Positions 15,756 through 24,000 of a stretch of DNA of 24,000 nt are shown here, in pieces (the stretch's first letter is position 1; each line of letters begins with the position of its first letter). The translations under genes were made by a program, and so were the position numbers. The notes beneath the pieces were generated by a model, which saw nothing but the letters and a program-made list of their open reading frames with translations, did no database searches and was not told where the DNA came from. The DNA is from Lachnospiraceae bacterium (GTDB taxonomy: Bacteria > Bacillota > Clostridia > Lachnospirales > Lachnospiraceae). The DNA is taken from assembly GCA_016287675.1 (NCBI GenBank), contig JAEFAR010000024.1, positions 8,137-32,136 on the forward strand. The letters run 5' to 3'.

Positions 15756-15856
15756 CCTTACGAAGGTGTATATAAAGCGCAAAAAAGTGAGCCATCCCGC
15801 CCTGCGGAACTGCCCACGATGATGAATTGTTGCTTTACTGCATGTGTCGGAAGATC

Positions 15857-15888
15857 AAAAAAGCTTCGACGACATTTGTCGCCGAAGC
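15857..15888 (-). terminator. Rho-independent terminator ending the flaG-fliD-fliS-flgN-like-secreted-protein transcription unit
   Basis: The minus-strand sequence reads GCTTCGGCGAC-aaat-GTCGTCGAAGC followed by TTTTTT. It starts 15 nt after the TAA at 15903. Confidence 0.8.
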
Positions 15889-15902
15889 CTGTACTCATTG
15901 AA

Positions 15903-17657
15903 TTAATTTACAAATCCCACGGCTGCACTGGTCACCGACTTACCGTTGTACGTAATGGTGACGCGGACGTACTTGAGATGGGTCTGGGCATATACGGAAT
16001 CATAGCTTGCTCCGTCCGGAACAGTGTCCGAAATGTTCAAAGTTCTGGAGTTTCCCACACCGTCGATCTCTGTCCATGCTGTTGCATTCTTTGCGGCTGC
16101 GTACTCCCACTTGAATTCGAAATCATCAAGATCGGTAGACAGCTTTGATGTCAGGTTCGTGCTGGGGTTAGCAGTCAGTGTGAATCCGAGCTTCGGGCTT
16201 CCGGAGATGGAAGCATAGGTCAGAGCCTTTGAGTAATCAAGACTCGGCGAGCAAAGCCTGTAAGGTGAAGGAAGTTCGGTCTTGGTTCCGGTCTTTCTCA
16301 CAACTATGATGGATCCGCTCACTGCTCTGCTGTAAGCGATCTTGGTGTAGCTGTTTGCCTTTAATGTGGTCCACTGCATGTTTGTAACGGGAAGCTGCGA
16401 GTAAGCAGTTGCGGAGACCGTTGCCCCCGCTGCAGGGAAATTGGAAAGTCCGTATCTTGCAGCATCCGTGGGAGTGAGCACAGCAACCTGAAAATCGCAG
16501 TCATTGTTGTTGGTAATCTGGATGCCGCCGTTACCTGACTTTGAAGAAACGTATTCTATCTCAATGTTTGCCTGCTCTGCAGCAGAAAGGGTTCCGGATG
16601 TGGGCACGGTGATCTCTGTGATACGGCTGGCTGCAGCCCTCTGTGCGCCTGCGGTTCTGACGTAAAGCACCGCAGAGGATGTTATGGGATCCGACATGGC
16701 AAGCCCAAGAGCCTGCTGTGCAAGGAATTTTGTTGTCCTCACGGAAGTGGTGATGGGCTCGATGGCGGTGAGTCTGTCCGTGGAAGGCACCGTAGCTTCA
16801 TCGGTGGTGGCATTTGAGGCAAAAACGGGGATCAGAGTCCAGTTTTCTCCGTCCAGTGAGAATTCCTGTCCGTTCTTTAAATTGATGGTTCCGTCAATAA
16901 GATTAATGTTAACGATAGGTCCCGGAAGAATCTTTGCCAGAGTGTATCTCGCAACTCCCGAAGAACGGTTTCCGATGCCGTTTGCATCGTCTGCCTGGCT
17001 GACGGATCTTATGCGGAACTCAAGTGCTCCGCCGCGGATCTCCATCTCATGAGGATCCAGGTCCTTAAATTCATGCCAGTTTCCGTTGGTGCCTTTACGC
17101 CATTCTATGTTCTCAAGTTCCAGATAAGTCTGGTCCCTGTTGTTGACCTTTTTGGTAAAAATGAAGTATCCCGTGTCTTCACCGAAATGTACGGCGTAAT
17201 CAGGCTCCGCATACTTCGCTTTCCAGCTCTCTGCATCCGTGATGTCCGTTGCGAGAAGTGTTCCCGTGAACTTCACGCCGAGAGTGTCCTGCCACTTGAG
17301 CACTATGCTCGAGATCTTTGTGTGGTTGTCACCGCAGATGTAAACCTTTACATCCGCATTGCTCCTCGCCCAGGAGAAGTCAAACATGGCCACATCATCG
17401 CGTACATCGCAGCAGTACCATTTTGAAATGTCGGCGGTATAGGTGTCGGTGAAGTAGATCTTTTCATCCCTATCTCCTGCGGAAAGAGAGCTTTCATCTA
17501 TGATCACGGACATTCTGTCGTAATCGATGGTTATGAGGTTACTCGGCACTGCCACTCCTGCGGAAGCAAAGACACCGTCGTCAGCATTCAGTCCCACAGC
17601 CATCGCGATCAGTGTAACAACAGCGATAAGCCGCAAGATCAACCTTTTCGTTTTCAT
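15903..17657 (-). CDS. Secreted protein of unknown function (584 aa, Sec signal peptide, beta-rich)
   Basis: MKTKRLILRLIAVVTLIAMAVGLNADDGVFASA has a positive n-region, a hydrophobic core and an ASA cleavage site. The ATG at 17657 is preceded by GGAGGG. I recognise no motif, LPXTG signal or lipobox. It is only 40 nt downstream of the flgN/fliT-like gene, with no terminator between them. Confidence 0.7.
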   Translation of the reverse strand: MKTKRLILRLIAVVTLIAMAVGLNADDGVFASAGVAVPSNLITIDYDRMSVIIDESSLSAGDRDEKIYFTDTYTADISKWYCCDVRDDVAMFDFSWARSNADVKVYICGDNHTKISSIVLKWQDTLGVKFTGTLLATDITDAESWKAKYAEPDYAVHFGEDTGYFIFTKKVNNRDQTYLELENIEWRKGTNGNWHEFKDLDPHEMEIRGGALEFRIRSVSQADDANGIGNRSSGVARYTLAKILPGPIVNINLIDGTINLKNGQEFSLDGENWTLIPVFASNATTDEATVPSTDRLTAIEPITTSVRTTKFLAQQALGLAMSDPITSSAVLYVRTAGAQRAAASRITEITVPTSGTLSAAEQANIEIEYVSSKSGNGGIQITNNNDCDFQVAVLTPTDAARYGLSNFPAAGATVSATAYSQLPVTNMQWTTLKANSYTKIAYSRAVSGSIIVVRKTGTKTELPSPYRLCSPSLDYSKALTYASISGSPKLGFTLTANPSTNLTSKLSTDLDDFEFKWEYAAAKNATAWTEIDGVGNSRTLNISDTVPDGASYDSVYAQTHLKYVRVTITYNGKSVTSAAVGFVN

Positions 17658-17697
17658 GGCATTCCCTCCTTGCATATACTTAAAAGCCACGGAGCAG

Positions 17698-18192
17698 TCA
17701 GTGTTTTTCGTCAAGAAAAACCGGCGTCACGGCATTTAGCCCGTTCATGCTCTTGTAGTACTTGTCCGCAGTCTGGCGGCTGACCTTGAAACTCTTCTTG
17801 CCTTTACGGAGTTCCTCGATCCTCTTGTCCAGTGTAGACTTGTTCTTCTTTTCAAGAGCCGAAACAGTGACGCTCAGATCAGTGATCTCCTGAATCAAAG
17901 CTTGGAGCCTGCGGATCGCATCCGCATGCTCCTTGCCCTTTTCCCTGATATCCTGAGAGATCTTATCAAAGAGCTTCTGAAATCCTTCATCCATCTCCGT
18001 CAGCTCATTGATAAGCTTTGTTTTATTGTCAATGGCGTCATTAAAAGTCTTTTCGTCAATGCTCTCTTTTGCCAGTGCATCTTCCTGTGCCTTAGTGGCT
18101 TCGTATATGCCCGTAAGCACCTTCTTCTTTCGCACCAGCACGTCCTGCATTACTCTTAAGTATCCGCCAAAATCAAGTCTGTCTTCCATCAT
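17698..18192 (-). CDS. Flagellar export chaperone-like protein (FlgN/FliT-like), all-helical
   Basis: The product is about 164 aa and is a coiled-coil-rich acidic/basic helical protein sitting directly after fliS, as fliT/yvyG does in Bacillus. The motif MMEDRLDFGGYLRVMQDVLVRKKKVLTGIYEATKAQEDAL resembles FlgN-family N-termini. The second ATG at 18189 has better RBS spacing, so the start is uncertain by 3 nt. Confidence 0.55.
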   Translation of the reverse strand: MMEDRLDFGGYLRVMQDVLVRKKKVLTGIYEATKAQEDALAKESIDEKTFNDAIDNKTKLINELTEMDEGFQKLFDKISQDIREKGKEHADAIRRLQALIQEITDLSVTVSALEKKNKSTLDKRIEELRKGKKSFKVSRQTADKYYKSMNGLNAVTPVFLDEKH

Positions 18193-18207
18193 TTCTCCAA
18201 TGCGGGA

Positions 18208-18588
18208 TTAACGAACATACATATGGTTCTGCTTCATGATCTCTTTCCAGAGGTCTCTCATCTCACGGATCTGTCCGAGAGCCTTCTCAAGGCTTTCTCT
18301 TTCCTTTTTGATGTTGGCCTGGATCAGAAGTGTGTTGATGTATTCGTAAATGAGATCGAAATCCTTCGCTGTCTCATACTTGAAATCAAGTGTTGCGCGG
18401 AATTCGGTAATGATGTTCTGAACCTTGATGATGTTGTTATTCACTTTTTCGTAGTCATTGGTCTCGAATCCGAGAAGCGCGATGTTACAGAACTTGATAG
18501 CGCCTTCATAGAGCATCAATGTGAGTTCGGCGGGAGAAGCCGTGTTAACTTTTGTTCCCTGATAGAGTGTTGCTGCATTCATAGCCAT
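18208..18588 (-). CDS. fliS: Flagellar export chaperone FliS
   Basis: YQGTKVNTASPAELTLMLYEGAIKFCNIA...IIKVQNIITEFRATLDF...AKDFDLIYEYINTLLIQAN is the FliS four-helix-bundle signature. GGAGGA lies 9 nt upstream of the ATG. Confidence 0.9.
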   Translation of the reverse strand: MAMNAATLYQGTKVNTASPAELTLMLYEGAIKFCNIALLGFETNDYEKVNNNIIKVQNIITEFRATLDFKYETAKDFDLIYEYINTLLIQANIKKERESLEKALGQIREMRDLWKEIMKQNHMYVR

Positions 18589-18613
18589 ATTCTTTTTCCT
18601 CCGATTTCATTAA

Positions 18614-20518
18614 TTAATTCTGGGGTGTTGTTCCGAGCATTGATGCCAATGATGACGATTTGCTCTGAAGTTCGGCAAGGGCTTTTTCCATCGCCGTAAA
18701 CTGTTTATAGTATCTGTTTCTCAGATCGTCGATCCTGTCGTTTATCGTATCAAGATCGCTCTGGTATCTGTCAAGATCACTCTTGTACTGCTTATCGTTG
18801 TAGAAGGTAAGAGCACTTGAAACGCTTGTCTTTGCACATTTATCACTTAATGTAGTGTAAAGATTTGTAAAGATCCCGCTCATTGCTTCCATAACCTTGT
18901 CCGGATCTTCATCAAGAGCTGCCTTCAGTCTGTCATTGTCAGCCGCGTAGATGGCATCTTCCTTGTTGCCCAGGATGTGGAGCTTGCCGCGTTCGGTGTA
19001 ATTACCTGTAACGATACCGTAGGTGGAAAGTGAGTACTTGTTACCTTCGCTGTCGGTGTAAGTGCTTTGAAGAGCCGCTCTCATAGAGGTCATCAGACCT
19101 CCCAGTGTGGTGTCTCTCCTTAAGAGAGAACTCTTGATCTTGTTTTCCCACTGCTCCACCTCATCATCGGTCATGGACTCCTTCTGCTCAGCCGTCAAAG
19201 GATCGTAACCCCTTGCAGAATCTGCGTAGTAGAGTTTTCCCATTTCCTCGATGAGCTTATTGTATTCATTGACCGCATCTTTAATGAGATCATAGGTTGA
19301 TGACGTATCCTTTGTAACGGTTACGGTCATTTCATCGTAATCTCCGGTGGCCTCGTTCTTTGTGGTGTTAAGAAGATTCAATGTGAGGCCGTTTACCGTA
19401 AGAGTGTTTGTGGAAGAACTCATTGTAGCTCCGTCCACGATGGCTTTTGCGTCTCTCGCCGCAGTTACGACAAGATCGCCTTCAGTGCCTTCGGCAACGT
19501 TTTCTCCCGTAATCCCGCTGCCGAGTCCGAGTCCCGAAAGACTTGCCGCCTGATCCCTGTTGTCCGTGGCATTGGCGTAATCCTGAACCTTGGTCGTGAA
19601 CTCGTTTTCCCAAGCAGTGATCTGGTCATTGTCATCCGGGATGGTGAGTCCCGCGGTGGCCAGACTCTTTATTGTCTGCATCGCATTGTAGACTGCGATC
19701 TGATCGTCCGAATTTACCGATGTGTCATCGGGATCGAAGCCATTCTGAAGTGCGGCTTCGATGTCTTCCTTACTTGCCGCAAGGATCGTGTTTACCGCAT
19801 TGTCGTAAGCTGTCTGATCGGTCTCCGACATTGCGCTGACAGTGTCGGGATCGATGGCGTTCATTATGGATCCCTTTGCGCTTGCATATGCACTCGTAAC
19901 GGAAGTAGAGGTTATGGTAAACTTGTTCTCTTCGCCGCTGTCTCCGGAACTGAAGAAGAATCTCTTCTGCGCCGTATCGTAGCTGGCAGTGATCCCCGCT
20001 TCCTTTGCTGCGCTTATGATGTCCTTTATCTTGGTGTTATTGTCAACGGTAATGGTCTTTACCGTCTCGTCTGCGGATCCCGCTTTTCCCTTGAAGGTGA
20101 TGGTCTGCCCTACGAGATTTGATCCGCTCTCCGCATCCAGCTGTGCGAGTCTTGTCTCCGATGTGTAGGTCCCGCTGAGCTTTGCACCGGTAACGTACTG
20201 TGAACTGGCAACCTGCTTGATCTTAATGGTATGCTGGCCCGCAGATGCCGAAGAAGATGCAGACGCCTTGATCTTCGTTTCATCACTGCTCTCAGCTGCT
20301 TTTGTCTGATAGGAGCTCTTCAAACGAAGCTTGGATGCAAAATCCGTGTAAAAAGAATAGATCTTCTTGTTAAGGTCCGACCATGCTGTAGTCGTCCACT
20401 TATTAAGAGTAACCTTATTGTCGATTTTGGTCTTTTTTGCTGTCTGACCGCCGACCATTGCATCAACAATGGCATCCGTGTCGAGACCGGAGATCATTCC
20501 GGATAATCCGATACCCAT
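18614..20518 (-). CDS. fliD: Flagellar filament capping protein FliD (hook-associated protein 2)
   Basis: The N-terminus is MGIGLSGMISGLDTDAIVDAMV. The C-terminus is RIDDLRNRYYKQFTAMEKALAELQSKSSSL. The ATG at 20518 has GGAGG 8 nt upstream. The 20533 start would lie inside the RBS. Confidence 0.9.
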   Translation of the reverse strand: MGIGLSGMISGLDTDAIVDAMVGGQTAKKTKIDNKVTLNKWTTTAWSDLNKKIYSFYTDFASKLRLKSSYQTKAAESSDETKIKASASSSASAGQHTIKIKQVASSQYVTGAKLSGTYTSETRLAQLDAESGSNLVGQTITFKGKAGSADETVKTITVDNNTKIKDIISAAKEAGITASYDTAQKRFFFSSGDSGEENKFTITSTSVTSAYASAKGSIMNAIDPDTVSAMSETDQTAYDNAVNTILAASKEDIEAALQNGFDPDDTSVNSDDQIAVYNAMQTIKSLATAGLTIPDDNDQITAWENEFTTKVQDYANATDNRDQAASLSGLGLGSGITGENVAEGTEGDLVVTAARDAKAIVDGATMSSSTNTLTVNGLTLNLLNTTKNEATGDYDEMTVTVTKDTSSTYDLIKDAVNEYNKLIEEMGKLYYADSARGYDPLTAEQKESMTDDEVEQWENKIKSSLLRRDTTLGGLMTSMRAALQSTYTDSEGNKYSLSTYGIVTGNYTERGKLHILGNKEDAIYAADNDRLKAALDEDPDKVMEAMSGIFTNLYTTLSDKCAKTSVSSALTFYNDKQYKSDLDRYQSDLDTINDRIDDLRNRYYKQFTAMEKALAELQSKSSSLASMLGTTPQN

Positions 20519-20577
20519 ATGCTTTACCTCCAAATTCCTTTTTCTTTTTTGCGCTTCCCTGCGTAAGAGTTAATTGG

Positions 20578-20997
20578 TTACCTTTGTTCGTCTACCAGGA
20601 TCCCTGCCACTTCCCACATCTTGGAAAGCATGTCCAGCGTCTCCTGCGGCGGTATTTCTCTGATGACCTCATCCGTTTCGGAATCGATCACCTTTATCGA
20701 AACACGCTTTGTATCTTCGTGATAAGCGAATTCACAACGCGTCTTTTGATTCATCTTTCGATTGACTTCGGCGATGGCATTTTTGACCTTTTTTGTGTTT
20801 TCTATGTTCTCCTTGGTCTGTTCCTCGATCCTTTCCGTTGCCGAAGGCTTGGAGTTTTTGGGATTTGCTTCAGCCTTTTTTGCGGGTTCCTGCTTTTCGG
20901 GCTTTACCGTTTTGGGTTCCGGGGCCTTGGCAGTCACCTTGGCAGCCGCTTTACTGTTGTATACCTGGTTGTTTACATTGATCTTATCGATTCCCAT
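20578..20997 (-). CDS. flaG: FlaG-family flagellar protein
   Basis: The C-terminal FAYHEDTKRVSIKVIDSETDEVIREIPPQETLDMLSKMWEVAGILVDEQR is the FlaG domain. The N-terminus is low-complexity and Lys/Pro/Ala-rich. The gene sits directly upstream of fliD. Confidence 0.85.
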   Translation of the reverse strand: MGIDKINVNNQVYNSKAAAKVTAKAPEPKTVKPEKQEPAKKAEANPKNSKPSATERIEEQTKENIENTKKVKNAIAEVNRKMNQKTRCEFAYHEDTKRVSIKVIDSETDEVIREIPPQETLDMLSKMWEVAGILVDEQR

Positions 20998-21051
20998 TTT
21001 GCTCCCTCCGTTATTATTTCCTCTTTCTTATACTTCGGTCTTCTGTGTATT

Positions 21052-21079
21052 TTATCGGAATAACCCCATCAAATATTAA
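21052..21079 (-). promoter_or_regulatory. Sigma-28 (SigD/FliA-type) promoter for flaG-fliD-fliS
   Basis: The minus strand reads TAAT-N15-TCCGATAA, against the consensus TAAA-N15-GCCGATAA. It lies about 55 nt upstream of the flaG ATG and just downstream of the csrA terminator. Confidence 0.6.
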
Positions 21080-21101
21080 CGAAGAAAAATAAAATTTTTG
21101 T

Positions 21102-21133
21102 AAAAAAATGCAGGGTCATTAAAAACCCTGCAT
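21102..21133 (-). terminator. Rho-independent terminator after csrA
   Basis: The minus strand reads ATGCAGGGT-ttttaatg-ACCCTGCAT followed by TTTTTTT. Confidence 0.85.
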
Positions 21134-21145
21134 ATGTTTTCTTTC

Positions 21146-21364
21146 CTATAAGAGTTTTGCAAGATCTGCAGGATTGATGCTCTCCTTGACAGCCTGCTTG
21201 TTTTCTTCCTGGATCTGTACATAGATCTCTTTTCTGTAGATCGGTACTGATTTGGGAGCGCTGATGCCCAGCTTGGCCTGGTCGCCTCTGATCTCCAGAA
21301 CGGTGATCTCGATATCATTTCCGATCACGATGGATTCGCCTGTTTTTCTTGATAAAGCCAGCAT
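21146..21364 (-). CDS. csrA: Carbon storage regulator CsrA (flagellar-type, partnered with FliW)
   Basis: MLALSRKTGESIVIGNDIEITVLEIRGDQAKLGISAPKSVPIYRKEIY is the canonical CsrA sequence. It starts 4 nt after the fliW stop. Confidence 0.95.
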   Translation of the reverse strand: MLALSRKTGESIVIGNDIEITVLEIRGDQAKLGISAPKSVPIYRKEIYVQIQEENKQAVKESINPADLAKLL

Positions 21365-21367
21365 TGT

Positions 21368-21829
21368 CTACTCCCCCTTCTCTTCTTTTTTCTTCTGGAT
21401 AACATCATAAATGTTAAATTTAACGGGATGATCGCTCTCCGCGATGACCTGACATCCCTTCCTTGTTTCGGAATTTATGATGATGGGGGCCTTTAAGTTG
21501 ATGGACATCTTGGTAATGTCCGCAGGAACCGTGAGCGTTACAAAAACGCAGACAGAATCGGGACCAAGCTCGCCGAGAGGTGCAAGGAGTTCATCCTCAA
21601 CTTCGGGATTGTAATCGGTGATAACCGATGAAGGCATGATCACCGGAAGTGCCATTGCGGGATCGTCCACACTCTGCAGCCACTCTATGGCAGTATCATT
21701 ACCGTTTTCGTTGTTGTAGATGAGTGTGAAGCGGTGAAGGTTTTCGAATCCGATGAGACCGCGATCAAATGTCAGGATCTTGTTGTCATCCAGCTCGACT
21801 TCTCCAAAGTAACGTGTTTTTACAAGCAT
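21368..21829 (-). CDS. fliW: Flagellar assembly factor FliW
   Basis: FGEVELDDNKILTFDRGLIGFENLHRFTLI...WLQSVDDPAMALPVIMP...NLKAPIIINSETRKGCQVI is the FliW family signature. AGGAGG forms the RBS. Confidence 0.9.
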   Translation of the reverse strand: MLVKTRYFGEVELDDNKILTFDRGLIGFENLHRFTLIYNNENGNDTAIEWLQSVDDPAMALPVIMPSSVITDYNPEVEDELLAPLGELGPDSVCVFVTLTVPADITKMSINLKAPIIINSETRKGCQVIAESDHPVKFNIYDVIQKKKEEKGE

Positions 21830-21878
21830 CTGTAAATCCTCCTGATTTCCTTTTTTCTATATGAATGGCATTATGTTT

Positions 21879-23405
21879 TTAAGATATGTAATCCAGAAGC
21901 GAAGATCTCACAAGCTGTGCCGTGGCATTCAGCGAGGAATCGTAAACTGTCTTTGCGGACTGATACTTTACGATGGTATCCACAAGATCCGCATCTTCGT
22001 TTTCCGACAGCAGTTCTTCGTAATCCGTAGCCTGATCCTCAAGTCTGCTCTGGGTGAGGAGCAGTCTCTTGTATCGTCCGCCCAGATCCGCCACACAAAT
22101 GTTTGTGTTTTCCTGTTCCTCCGCGGTGATGGTGATGCCTCTCTGAAAAGCATCGGTCATGAGAGCTGTTCTCAAAGTGTACTCCGATTCAAGCTGTTCC
22201 CTGATGGCCTTGAGCTTTTCAATCCTGTCATCAGAGTATCTGGTGTCAGCCAGCATCTTGTCCACCTGTTTCAGCTGATCTTCGATGTCCGCAACCGCCG
22301 TGACCGCATCCGTGATCTCCGTCACCATTCGGTCGATACGGGTTGTGAAGGCATCGCACCCCTGGGTGTTGATGGTTAACTTCTGATTGAAATTAACCTC
22401 ATATCTGATATCCTGGTCCTTCTTTGTATAGGTAACTTCCTTACCCGTGGCCAGTTCCTTTGTAGTGCAGTCGTAATAATGCTCGGGTCTCAGATCGTTC
22501 TGTTTGAAGCTTGTCTTTTCAAAAGTCACTCTGATGTCCGTGGACTTCTGCATCTGCTCATAAACTGCTTTTCCGAGGATCAATTCACCCGTTTCCTTAA
22601 TGAAATTGATCTCTTCGTCACTCACATTGTAAGCATCCTTATCGGAAACGGAGTAAGCATTCACTGTAAGTCCTCTTGCTCCGAAGTTTGTACCGTTCAC
22701 GGTGCTGTGCTCCACTCCGGCGGAATCCACGTAGGAAACCTCGGGTATCACATCATCAAGATCATCGTAGCCCAGCGCCAGTCTGTAAACATTTTTCGTG
22801 GAAGGCATCGTAGGATAAAGTGCATCCCACTCTGTGGCGTAATTATCATTGGTAAGATCCAGATCATCGATCTGTACTCCGCCTGTGATCACCGTTACCA
22901 TCTCAAGATTATCACCGATCTTCTTTTCGGTGATGGAGTACTTCACTTCCTCCGTGTCCTCGTTGAAAACGAGGGGGGTGTCTGTCTTGTATCCCGAGAA
23001 AACGTACCTTCCTGCGTAGTTCGTATTGCCTTCCTGATAGAGCTGATTTGCATATTGCTGCAGGTTGATGACTATGGAGTTTCTGTCTTCCGCAGTCAGA
23101 TAATCGTTTGCTCCCTGATTGCAGTATGTGTTCATTGAAGAAATGATCGAATTTATGGTATCAAGGGATCCTTCCGTTACTTCCATCCAGTTAAGGGCAT
23201 CGGGGATGTTCTTTTCGGTGTACTGTTCGATCTCAGTAAGATTTGTTCTGAACTTGAGAGCTCTTACAGCCACGATGGGATCGTCGGAAGGTCTTGTGAT
23301 CTTCTTGCCGGATGAGTAACGGTTTTCAAGCATATCAAGAAGATTTTTGTTGGTGTTGATGTTATACAACGCATTGTTGGTCATCATCTTATTCGTAATT
23401 CTCAT
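21879..23405 (-). CDS. flgL: Flagellar hook-filament junction protein FlgL (hook-associated protein 3)
   Basis: The N-terminus MRITNKMMTNNALYNINTNKNLLDMLENRYSSGKKITRPSDDPIVAVRAL is a flagellin-N-like domain. The C-terminus is IVKYQSAKTVYDSSLNATAQLVRSSLLDYI. It lies between flgK and fliW. Confidence 0.85.
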   Translation of the reverse strand: MRITNKMMTNNALYNINTNKNLLDMLENRYSSGKKITRPSDDPIVAVRALKFRTNLTEIEQYTEKNIPDALNWMEVTEGSLDTINSIISSMNTYCNQGANDYLTAEDRNSIVINLQQYANQLYQEGNTNYAGRYVFSGYKTDTPLVFNEDTEEVKYSITEKKIGDNLEMVTVITGGVQIDDLDLTNDNYATEWDALYPTMPSTKNVYRLALGYDDLDDVIPEVSYVDSAGVEHSTVNGTNFGARGLTVNAYSVSDKDAYNVSDEEINFIKETGELILGKAVYEQMQKSTDIRVTFEKTSFKQNDLRPEHYYDCTTKELATGKEVTYTKKDQDIRYEVNFNQKLTINTQGCDAFTTRIDRMVTEITDAVTAVADIEDQLKQVDKMLADTRYSDDRIEKLKAIREQLESEYTLRTALMTDAFQRGITITAEEQENTNICVADLGGRYKRLLLTQSRLEDQATDYEELLSENEDADLVDTIVKYQSAKTVYDSSLNATAQLVRSSLLDYIS

Positions 23406-23461
23406 AAAAACCTCCGCTTCTGACCTTATGCACTGATCTTTCTGACCTGTTCCTTATAGAT

Positions 23462-23488
23462 TTATCGGCAACTGACCGCAAAAACTTA
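23462..23488 (-). promoter_or_regulatory. Sigma-28-type promoter in the flgK-flgL junction
   Basis: The minus strand reads TAAG-N15-GCCGATAA, a perfect -10 octamer. The -35 overlaps the flgK TAA stop. It lies about 55 nt upstream of the flgL ATG. Confidence 0.55.
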
Positions 23489-24000
23489 AACACCTGTTTC
23501 ATTTATTAATTTATCGTAGATCTGCTGCATTACAGAAATAACCTTGGCGCTCAGTGAGTAAGCTTCCTGATAGCGTATCAGTGACATGGCCTCTTCATCC
23601 TTGTCTACGCCGGAGACCGAAAGTCTCTGGTTTGCCACAGACTTTAAAATGTCCTTCTGACTGTTGGATGTATCTTTGCTGGCCTTTGTGTCTATGCCCA
23701 CTTCCGCAACCATTGTACGAAGGAAGGAAGCAGGATCGCCCTGTTTGAACATGTTGACATCACCCTTTAAAGCAATGAGTTTCTCAACGATGTCATTTCC
23801 ACTGACACCATCCACCAGATTTGTGGTGGTGGCTATCATGGAAGGACTGTCCATCACAGCCTGACGTACTCTGAAATTCTGAGCCGTCAGCATGTAATAG
23901 GATGTATTCTCTATGGTGGTATCTGAAGTGATCAGGGTCACATCCGTATCCACTGTATTGTTAAATGTTCCAAGGGCGTACTCTTCACCGGTGACTGCAT
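23486..24000 (-). CDS. flgK: Flagellar hook-associated protein 1 FlgK, C-terminal part (the N-terminus is outside the window)
   Basis: The reading frame is open to the window edge, and the 23953 ATG in the ORF track is internal. The C-terminus GVDKDEEAMSLIRYQEAYSLSAKVISVMQQIYDKLINETGV matches the conserved FlgK/rod C-terminal helix. Its position is immediately upstream of flgL. Confidence 0.8.
   Translation of the reverse strand, partial: AVTGEEYALGTFNNTVDTDVTLITSDTTIENTSYYMLTAQNFRVRQAVMDSPSMIATTTNLVDGVSGNDIVEKLIALKGDVNMFKQGDPASFLRTMVAEVGIDTKASKDTSNSQKDILKSVANQRLSVSGVDKDEEAMSLIRYQEAYSLSAKVISVMQQIYDKLINETGV

Noticed and set aside
21076-21318. Minus-strand ORF 21076..21318 (80 aa) overlapping csrA out of frame and spanning the csrA terminator
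   Set aside because: The csrA frame gives a textbook CsrA sequence. This ORF runs through a strong terminator hairpin and has no RBS.
1-24000. CRISPR arrays, tRNA/rRNA genes, IS elements, integrases, and toxin-antitoxin or defence systems
   Set aside because: I found no regularly spaced direct repeats and no cloverleaf-capable conserved tRNA motifs in the intergenic regions. The only structured intergenic RNA is the T-box. I found no transposase, integrase or nuclease-like ORFs, and no terminal inverted repeats flanking any gene block.

Overview
The gene content looks like a flagellated Firmicute, probably Clostridia or Lachnospiraceae-like; this is inference only. Almost everything is on the minus strand.

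**Left edge (1-2960):** a partial maf, argG with a sigma-A promoter that carries a perfect palindrome in its spacer, and an SGNH/GDSL hydrolase.

**Centre (12582 down to 2958):** one apparent minus-strand operon of about 9.6 kb. It is headed by a sigma-A promoter and a hand-recognisable T-box leader with a terminator/antiterminator switch. In transcription order it encodes:
- an XRE-HTH+cupin domain fused to an AMP-forming acyl-CoA synthetase
- an orphan P-loop NTPase
- a four-subunit 2-oxoacid:ferredoxin oxidoreductase (delta, alpha, beta, gamma)
- a branched-chain aminotransferase
- a stand-alone HTH-cupin regulator
- a second acyl-CoA synthetase

I read this as an amino-acid-starvation-induced route from acid to acyl-CoA to 2-oxoacid to amino acid by reductive carboxylation. 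The fused and split regulator/ligase modules in the same operon are the most unusual architecture here.

**Right (12579-24000):**
- a 1041-aa cytoplasmic glycoside-hydrolase-like protein with its own promoter
- a 584-aa secreted protein of unknown function that appears to be the last gene of a sigma-28 late flagellar operon (flaG-fliD-fliS-flgN/fliT-like)
- fliW-csrA, flgL and the 3' end of flgK

I saw no rRNA, tRNA, CRISPR array, transposase or integrase. All calls come from reading the sequence and from motif memory. No database search was run.
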